Origin: Anaeramoeba ignava BMAN
Taxonomy: Eukaryota > Protista > Anaeramoebae
Assembly (NCBI GenBank): GCA_028826165.1
Contig: JAPDFW010000063.1
Span: 868,001-932,000, forward strand
Length of the DNA: 64,000 nt
Direction: 5' to 3'
Shown here piece after piece: positions 55,120 through 64,000 of the stretch. A program made the translations under genes and the position numbers. The number at the start of each line of letters is the position of its first letter. Positions within the stretch are counted from its first letter, which is position 1. Below the pieces are notes generated by a model. That model searched no databases and was not told the DNA's origin. It saw only the letters and a list, made by a program, of their open reading frames with translations.

Positions 55120-55910
55120 TATAAATTTAAATAAATTTTTATTCCACATTTTAATTTAAATTTTATTCCACTTTTTTAATTTAAATAAATTTATTAATTT
55201 TATTCCATTTTTTAATTTAAATAAATTTATTGATTTTATTCTATTTTTTAATTTAAATAAATTTATTAATTTTATTCTATTTTTTAATTTAAATAAATTT
55301 ATTGATTTTATTCTACTTTTTAATTTAAATAAATTTATTAATTTTATTCCATTTTTTTAATTTAAATTTTATTCCACTTTTTAATTTAAATAAATTTATT
55401 AATTTTATTCTATTTTTTAATTTAAATAAATTTATTGATTTTATTCTACTTTTTAATTTAAATTAATTTATTAATTTTATTCCATTTTTTAATTTAAATA
55501 AATTTATTAATTTTATTCTACTTTTTAATTTAAATTAAATTTATTAATTTTATTCCATTTTTAATTTAAATTTTATTCCATTTTTAATTTAAATAAATTT
55601 ATTAATTTTATTCCATTTTTTAATTTAAATAAATTTATTAATTTTATTCCATTTTTTAATTTAAATTTTATTCCATTTTTAATTTAAATAAATTGATTAA
55701 TTTTATTCCATTTTTTAATTTAAATAAATTTATTAATTTTATTCTACTTTTTAATTTAAATTAATTTATTAATTTTATTCCATATTTTAATTTAAATTTT
55801 ATTCCACTTTTTAATTTAAATAAATTTATTAATTTTATTCTACTTTTTAATTTAAATAAATTTATTAATTTTATTCCACTTTTTTAATTTAAATAAATTT
55901 ATTAATTTTT
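55120..55910. repeat. ~38-bp minisatellite (TTTAATTTAAATAAATTTATTAATTTTATTCCATTT and shortened variants), roughly 20 units
   Basis: Seen directly; units contain the palindrome AATAAATTTATT. Confidence 0.9.
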
Positions 55911-56078
55911 GTTCTTCTTTTCTTTTTATTTTTTTTTTAATTAAAATAAAAGATGAGTCATTATTTGTTTATTTTAATTAAAAAAATTTTTTTTATTTAT
56001 AAAAAAAAAATAAAATTTCATTTTTTTTCTTTTAATTTCGCAACAAATTTCAAATCTATAAAACAAAAACAAAAAAAA

Positions 56079-58953
56079 ATGTACACAGTCGAGTTAAAAA
56101 TTCGCAAAAACGCCAAAGAAGCTTTAAAGAAAACAAAAATACAAGAAGCATTAAAGCAACCAAGTGAATGGTTTAAAAACCCTTATTATTTTCTTGCTGG
56201 TGGATCTGCTTCAGTTCTTTCTGAACAAATAAACACTTGGAGTGATGGTTTATTGAAAGCTGATAAAATTCCTGAAATGTTTTTTAAAAGCGGTTTAACG
56301 GATTTATTAACCGAATTGTGGAAAAAATTTTGGGTTTCAAAATATCATCTTTCTCCTCTTCATACTTGGAAAAGAGGAATTCTCATTGGTATTTGTGTTG
56401 CTGCTAGTAGAACTTTTTTGACTGTTGTTTATGTAAATTTAAAATATAAATATAAATATAAATAAATAAATATAAATCTAAATATAAATCTAAATATAAA
56501 TATAAATATAAATATAAATCTAAATCTAAATCTAAATCTAAATCTAAATATAAATATAAATATAAATATAAATCTAAATCTAAATCTAAATCTATAAATA
56601 TAATATAAATATATAAATATAAATATAAATATAAATATAAATATAAATATTTAAAAATATAAATATAAATATAAATATAAATCTAAATCTAAATATAAAT
56701 ATAAATATAAATATAAATATAAATATAAATATAAATCTAAATCTAAATCAAATATAAATATAAATATAAATATAAATATAAATATAAATATAAATCTAAA
56801 TATAAATATAAATATAAATATAAAATATATAAAATAAAATACAAATAAAAATAAATATAAAATAAATATAAATATAAAATAAATATAAAATATAAAATAA
56901 ATATAAATACAAATATAAATATAAATATAAATATAAATATAAATATAAATATAAATATAAATATAAATATAAATATAAATATAAATATAAATATAAATAT
57001 AAATATAAATATAAATATAAATATAAATATAAATATAAATATAAATATAAATATAAATATAAATATAAATATAAATATAAATATAAAAATATAAATATAA
57101 AATAAAAATATAAAATTTAAAATATAAATATAAAAATATAAAATATAAATATTTAAATAAAATATAAATATAAATATAAATATAAAAATATAATATAAAT
57201 ATAAATATAAATATAAAATATAAATTAAAATATATATAAATATAAAAAATATAAATATAAATAAAAATATAAATATAAATATAAATATAAAAAAAATAAA
57301 AATAAAAATATATAATATAAATATAAAAAATAAAATATAAATATAAATATAAATATAAATATAAATATAAAAATAAATATAATACAAAATATAAATATAA
57401 ATATAAATAAAATAAAATATAAATAAATATAAATATAAATAAATATAAAATAAAAATAAATAAAATATAAATATAAAATATAAAATAAAAAAAATATATA
57501 AATATAAAAATAAAATAAATATAAAAATATAAATATAAAATATAAATATAAATATAAAATATAAATAAATATAAATATAAATATAAAATAAATAAAAACA
57601 TAAAAAAAATATAAATATAAATATAAATATAAATATAAATATAAAATATAAATATAAATATAAATATAAAATAAATAAAACATAAATATAAAATATAAAT
57701 ATAAAATATAAATATAAATATAAATATAAATATAATAAATATAAAATATAAACATAAATATAAATATAAATATAAAATATAAAATATAAAATAAATAAAA
57801 ATAAAAATATAAATAAATATAAAAATATAATAAAAATATAAATAAAAAATAAATATAAATATAAATATAAATAAGCTATAAAATATAAATATAAATATAA
57901 ATATAAATATAAATATAAATATAAATATAAATATAAATATAAATCTAAATATAAATATAAATATAAAATAATAAATATAAATATAAAATTAAATAAAAAT
58001 ATAAATATAAATATAAATATAAATATAAATATAAAATAAATAAATATAAATATAAATATAAATATAAATTATAAATATAAATATAAATATAAATATAAAT
58101 ATAAATATAAATATAAATATAAATATAAAATAAATATTTAAAATATAAATATAAATATAAAAAATATAAAAATATAAATATAAATATTTAAAAAAATATA
58201 AATATAAATATAAATATAAATATAAATATAAATATAAATATAAATATAAATATAAATAAATATAAATATAAATATAAATATAAATATAAATATAAATATA
58301 AATATAAATATAAATATAAATATAAAAATATAAATATAAATATAAATATAAATATAAATATAAATATAAATATAAATATAAATTTAATAATTAAAATTAA
58401 AATTAAAATTAAATGAAAATAGAACAATATAAAACAATACCATCAATCATGGGTTAAAAATCAAGAATGGCAATATAATAAACCCTGGGAACAAAATTCC
58501 AAACCATTCATTCCAAGAAGCATGTTAAGCACAGCAATGCACATGCCAATTGAGATGGGGATTAAACCAATGACGGAAGGATTTCTTGAAAAAGCAGCAA
58601 AAGATGCATTATTTTTAGCAAGTGTTCAAGGATTTGTTCATTTTAATAGTGATTATATTGCTCCCAAAATATTCAATCCAAAAAACACTGGATGGATTAA
58701 TCATATGAATAAAACATTCTTTCTTGGTGGTTTATCTACTATTGAAGCTTCTCTTGTTTCAAAACCTCTTGAAATGGCTATTGATAATTTCTCAAAATCT
58801 AAAAACAAATCCTCTTTTTCTGATATTTGCAAATCTACTCTTAATGTTGCTAAAGAAAGAACTCCTAGAATTGCTTGGAAAGTTTTCTTTTATGCAAAAG
58901 CTAAAGAAGAATTACCCAAAATTTATAATTCTTTAACGAAAAAGTTGTTATAA
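56079..58953 (+). CDS. Putative highly divergent mitochondrial-carrier (SLC25)-like protein, 294 aa. Exons 56079-56432, 58423-58953
   Basis: In-frame phase-0 GT-AG join. Carrier-like segments [30 protein letters not shown] and [17 protein letters not shown]; typical length. Gene model is firm; family call is tentative. Confidence 0.55.
56440..58410. repeat. ~2-kb (AAATAT)n satellite filling an intron
   Basis: Seen directly. Confidence 0.93.
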
Positions 58954-59436
58954 TCAAAAGAAGAAAATTCCATTTTTTTTTCCATTTTTTTTACTTTCAA
59001 AATTTTTAATAACTTTTTCGTCTTTTTTTTTTTAACAAAATTTCTCATTTTTTTTTCTCATTTTTTTTTAAACAAACAAAAACAAAAATAAAACAAACCA
59101 AAACAAAATTAACACAAAATAATTTAATTTTGAAATTTAAAAAATATAATTTAAAAAATTAAAAAGCAAAAAAAAATATTTCCTTTTTAATTTTTCTTAT
59201 CAATTTTTTAATTTTCCTTTTATTTTAATTTTCCTTTTATTTTAATTAAATTCAAACCGCCAAATCCAAATTAAAAAAAAAACTTTTTAATTAAAAAAAA
59301 ATAAGAAAAAAAACCAAATCATTTTTTTTCATTTTTTTCCTTTCCAAATTTATTTTTTATCTTTTTTACCTTTATCTTTTCTCTTCTTTTCTTTTTGTTA
59401 CTTTATTTTCTTTTTTAATTTAAGAATTTAAAAATA

Positions 59437-61823
59437 ATGGACCACGATATTGATTTAAAAATTATTTTATTGGGAGAATCTCAAGCTGGGAAAACTTGTA
59501 TAACGAAAAGAGTTGTTTTTGACTCTTTTGAAGAACAAGGTCCTAGAACTTTTGGAGTTAGTTATTGCAGTAAGTTTTAAATCTTTCCCCTTATTTCTTT
59601 TTAACCTTTTTTTTTCCTAAATCTCTTCCGATCTCTTTTTTTTTTTTTTTTTTTTCAAAATTAGAAAAAGAAAAGAAAAAAATTTTTTTTGTTTTATTGT
59701 TTTTATTCTTTTTTTCTTTTTATTTATTATTTATTTGAATTTATTTATTTGAATTTATTATTGAAAAATGAGAAAAAAAAATTTTTTTTTCTTTTTTTGC
59801 CTGTTAAATACTTTCAATTTAATTTTTACTTTTTTTTCAATTTAATTTCCTTGTGATCGTTTATAGATTTATTTTTTCAAAAGTTTTATTGATAAATTAA
59901 TTATAAATATTATTATAAATTAATTCAAAATTTAATTGAAAATTTAATTATAAATATTATTATAAATTTTATTATAAATTTAATTCAAAATTTAATTCAA
60001 AATTTAATTCAAAATTTAATTATAAATTTTGTTATAAAATTAATTATAAATTTAATTATAAATTTAATTATAAATTTAATTATAAATTTAATTATAAATT
60101 TAATTATAAATTTAATTATAAATTTAATTATAAATTTAATTATAAATTTAATTATAAATTTAATTATAAAATTAATTATAAAATTTAATTGAAAAATTTT
60201 ATTATAAATTTATTACAAATTTTATTATAAATTTAATTGAAAATTTTATTATAAATTTAATTATAAATTTAATTCAAAATTTAATTCAAAATTTAATTAT
60301 AAATTTAATTATAAATTTAATTATAAATTTAATTATAAATTTAATTATAAATTTAATTATAAATTTAATTATAAATATTAATTGAAAATTTAATTACAAA
60401 ATTGATTATAAAATTAATTATAAATTTATTTTATAAAATTAATTATAAAATTTAATTATAAATATAATTACAAATTTAATTATAAATTTAATTATATAAA
60501 ATTTAATTATAAAATTAATTATAAATTTAATTATAAAATTAATTATAAATTTGTTTTGTAAATTTAATTATAAATTTAATTATAAATTTAATTGAAAAAT
60601 TTTATTATAAATTTATTATAAAATTAATTATAAATTTAATTATAAATTTAATTATAAATTTAATTATAAAATTAATTATAAATTTAATTATAAATTTAAT
60701 TATAAAATTAATTGAAAAATTTGTTTATAAATATAGTTATAAATATTATTATAAATATTATTATAAATTTAAATATAAATATAATTATAAATATAATTAC
60801 AAATTTAATTGAAAAATTTTATTATAAATTTAATTGAAAAATTTAATTATAAATTTAATTATAAATTTAATTATAAATTTTATTATAAATTTTATTATAA
60901 ATTTAATTGAAAAATTTTATTATAAATTTATTATAAATTTATTATAAATTTATTATAAATTTAATTATAAATTTATTTATAAATTTATTTGAAAAATTAA
61001 TTGAAAAAATTAATTGAAAAATTTTAATGTTTTTTTATTTTTGATATTAGATAAAGATTATGAAACTCGAGAACATCAAAAATATAGATTTGGTTTTTGG
61101 GATACAGCTGGTAAAATAAAAGAAAACAAAACAAAACAAAACAAACATTTATTTTTATTAATTTTTATTAATTTTTATTAATTTTTATTAATTTTTATTT
61201 GTTTAAATTTAATAGGGGAAGGTTTGTTTAATTTTTTTTAAAAACAACCATCTTTGTTTGTTTTTTTTTAAAAAATTAGTTTTTTTTTTTTAAATCAATA
61301 ACAGAGGAATATGATTCATTATCAACTTTTTATTGTAGAAATGCAGGATGTGTTTTAATCGTTTATGGTACAAAATAAATTAAAAATAAAATTAAAATAA
61401 AATTAAATAAAAATAAATTAAAAATAAAATTAAAATAAAATTAATTTAAAATAAAATTCTATTGAAGATGTAACAAGTAGAGCAAGTTTTGAGGGATTAG
61501 CTCGTTTCATTCCAAAAATTCCAGAAGCAAAACCAGACGCTTTTCTCTTTTTAATTGCAACCAAAATTGATTTAGTCAAAATAAATCCAGATGCAAGAAA
61601 AATTACACAAGAAGAAGGAATCCAAAAAGCAAAAGCTTTAAATGCTGTTTTTTTGGAAGTTTCTGCAAAAACTGGTGAAAATATTGCTATTCTTTGGGAA
61701 TCTATTGGATCTCGTTTTGAAAAAGTTATGGCAAAAGTTCCAAAACAAATTGATGCTACAAAAAAAAGAATTCGTTTAAAAAAAGATGCAAATCTTAAAA
61801 AGAAAAAGAAAAAATGTTGTTAA
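59437..61823 (+). CDS. Rab GTPase, Rab20/Rab24-like. Exons 59437-59569, 61051-61110, 61216-61221 (6-nt microexon), 61305-61367, 61468-61823
   Basis: Not in the ORF track. KIILLGESQAGKT, FWDTAGEEEYDSLSTFYCRNA, IATKIDL, EVSAKTGEN, terminal KKKCC. YCR recalls Rab20; TKxD recalls Rab24. Confidence 0.88.
59895..61020. repeat. (AATTATAAATTT)n 12-mer satellite in Rab intron 1
   Basis: Seen directly. Confidence 0.9.
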
Positions 61824-62186
61824 AAAAAAACACAAACAAGAAACCAAATTTAATTTCAAATCAAAAAGCTTTTTATCAAAAATTGGAAACTGAAATTAGA
61901 AATTCAAAATAAAATTAATTGGTATAAAATTGGATTGAATTGAAAATTGATTTCTTCTTTTATTTCTTGTTTTTTTTTTCGATTCAATCTTATTGATTTT
62001 ATTTGATTTCATTTGACAAATAAAAACAAAAACAAAAACAAAAACAAAATTTTTGAGTAATTTGTAAATCATTATTAGTCAATTTCAATTTCTTTTTTTT
62101 GTTTTTTTTTTAATTAAAAAAAATTTTTTTTTATTTTTTTTTTCATTTTTCATTTTTCATTTTTCTCATCAATTTTACATTAAAGA

Positions 62187-63180
62187 ATGCAACCAGTTTT
62201 AGTTTTAAGTAATTTAATTTAATTTAATTTAATATTATTTTTGAATAATAATTATTTGATATTCCAATTTTTCAATTAAAATTTCAATTAAAAATTTTAT
62301 TTTATTTTATTTTATTTATTTATTTTATTTTTTATTTTAGATGCAAAAACTTCAAGAGAAGAAGGTAGAAAAGCACAATTAAGCAATATTGTTGCTGCCA
62401 AAGCTGTTAGTAATATTATTAGAACATCTCTTGGTCCAAGAGCAATGCTTAAAATGGTTTTGAATCCAATGGGTGGAATTATTGTTACTAATGATGGAAA
62501 TTCTATTTTAAGAGAAATTGATGTTTCTCATCCTGCTGCTAAAAATATGCTTGAGTTATCCCGTTCTCAATCAGAAGAAGTTGGTGATGGAACAACATCT
62601 GTTATTATTTTAAGTTCGTTTTTTCCAATTAAAATTCAATTTAAATTAAAATTCATTTATAAAATTAAAATTAAAATTAAAATTAAAATTAAAATTAAAA
62701 TTAAAATTAAAATTAAAATTAAAATTAAAATTAAAATTAAAATTCAATTTAAAATTAAAATTAAAATTAAAATTAAAATTAAATTTAAAATTAAAATTAA
62801 AATTAAAATTAAAATTAAAATTTAAAATTAAAATTAAAATTAAAATTAAAATAAATTTAAATATTTATGATATAGCTGGTGAATTATTATCAGTTGCTGA
62901 ACCATTTATTAGAACTAATATTCATCCCCGAACTATTGTTCAAGCTTATTATAAAGCCTTAGATGATTCGTTAGAAATCTCAAAAGAATTAACACGTACA
63001 GTAGACATAAAACAAAAAAGCGAAATTATGAAAATTATTCATAATTCAGTGGGAACAAAATTCATGTCTAAATTTGGTGAAAACTTATTTGATATGGCTT
63101 ATGATGCTGTGAAGATTGTTGATATTGAAGTTGAAGGACATCGGGAAATTGATATCAAAAGATATGTTCGAATTGAAAAG
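62187..63180 (+). CDS. CCT3: T-complex protein 1 subunit gamma, 5' part. Exons 62187-62208, 62341-62613, 62876-63180; continues beyond the window
   Basis: MQPVLVLNAKTSREEGRKAQLSNI.AAKAV..IIRTSLGPRAMLKM; TNDGNSILREIDVSHPAAK; EEVGDGTTSVIIL; EIDIKRYVRIEK. Confidence 0.95.
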
Positions 63181-63189
63181 GTTAGTATT

Positions 63190-64000
63190 TAATTATTTTA
63201 ATTATTTTAATTATTTTAATTATTTAAATTATTTAAATTATTTTAATTATTTAAATTATTTTAATTATTTTAATTATTTTAATTATTTTAATTATTTTAA
63301 TTATTTTAATTATTTTAATTATTTAAATTATTTTAATTATTTTTAATTATTTTAAATTATTAAAATTAAAATTATTAAAATTATTTAAATTATTTTAATT
63401 ATTTTAATTATTTTAATTATTTTAATTATTTTAATTATTTTAATTATTTAAATTATTTTAATTATTTAAATTATTTTAATTATTTTAATTATTTTAATTA
63501 TTTAAATTATTTTAATTATTTTAATTATTTAAATTATTTTAATTATTTAAATTATTTTAATTATTTTAAATTATTTTAATTATTTTAATTATTTAAATTA
63601 TTTAAAATTATTTAGTTTTAATTATTTTAATTATTTTAAATTAATTTAAAATTAATTTTTTTTATTTTAATTATTTTTAATTATTTAAATTAATTTAATT
63701 ATTTTAATTATTTTAATTATTTAAATTATTTTAATTATTTAAATTATTTAAATTCATTTAAATTATTTTAATTATTTTAATTATTTAAATTATTTTGATT
63801 ATTTAAATTATTTAAATTATTTTAATTATTTAAATTATTTAAATTATTTTAATTATTTAAATTATTTAAATTATTTTAATTATTTAAAATTATTTAAATT
63901 ATTTAAATTATTTTAATTATTTTAATTATTTTAATTATTTAAATTATTTTAATTATTTTAATTATTTTAATTATTTTAATTATTTTAATTATTTTAATTA
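63190..64000. repeat. (AATTATTTT/AATTATTTA)n 9-mer satellite in CCT3 intron 3
   Basis: Seen directly, after the GTTAGT donor at 63181. Confidence 0.92.

Noticed and set aside
55120-55910. CRISPR-like array
   Set aside because: Units are contiguous with no unique spacers, there are no cas genes, and the context is eukaryotic.

Overview
Very AT-rich eukaryotic (protist) genomic DNA with GT-AG spliceosomal introns, standard genetic code and abundant simple repeats. The TCATTTT initiator-like motif before most genes, the RCC1-BTB expansion and a very divergent mitochondrial-carrier-like gene would fit a metamonad such as Anaeramoeba; this is inference only. By manual splicing, left to right: an MKT1-like PIN/XPG gene whose 4.3-kb first intron holds a complete 2,378-bp Mutator-like (MULE) transposon with 54-bp perfect TIRs and an 8-bp TSD; an unknown helical protein; a Ras GTPase; a multi-TM gene sitting exactly at the unit junction of a triplicated ~250-300-bp repeat (A-B-A|gene|B-A-B); a GRIP-domain golgin; two tandem NHE/NHX antiporters; a divergent copine; a membrane-tethered bZIP factor whose S1P-type motif is made by splicing; six tandem RCC1-propeller+BTB genes with loop-restricted hypervariability and mosaic ancestry; a 23-exon ARM-repeat gene built of one repeat per symmetrical phase-1 exon; a divergent actin; a mitochondrial-carrier-like gene; a Rab20/24-like GTPase needing a 6-nt microexon; and the 5' part of CCT3. 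The best candidates for an undescribed system are the adjacent RCC1-BTB array and exon-modular ARM gene, which both look like diversifying recognition modules. About 11 frameshifts fall only in repetitive or multicopy sequence and are probably assembly errors. All alignments were done by eye; no searches were run.
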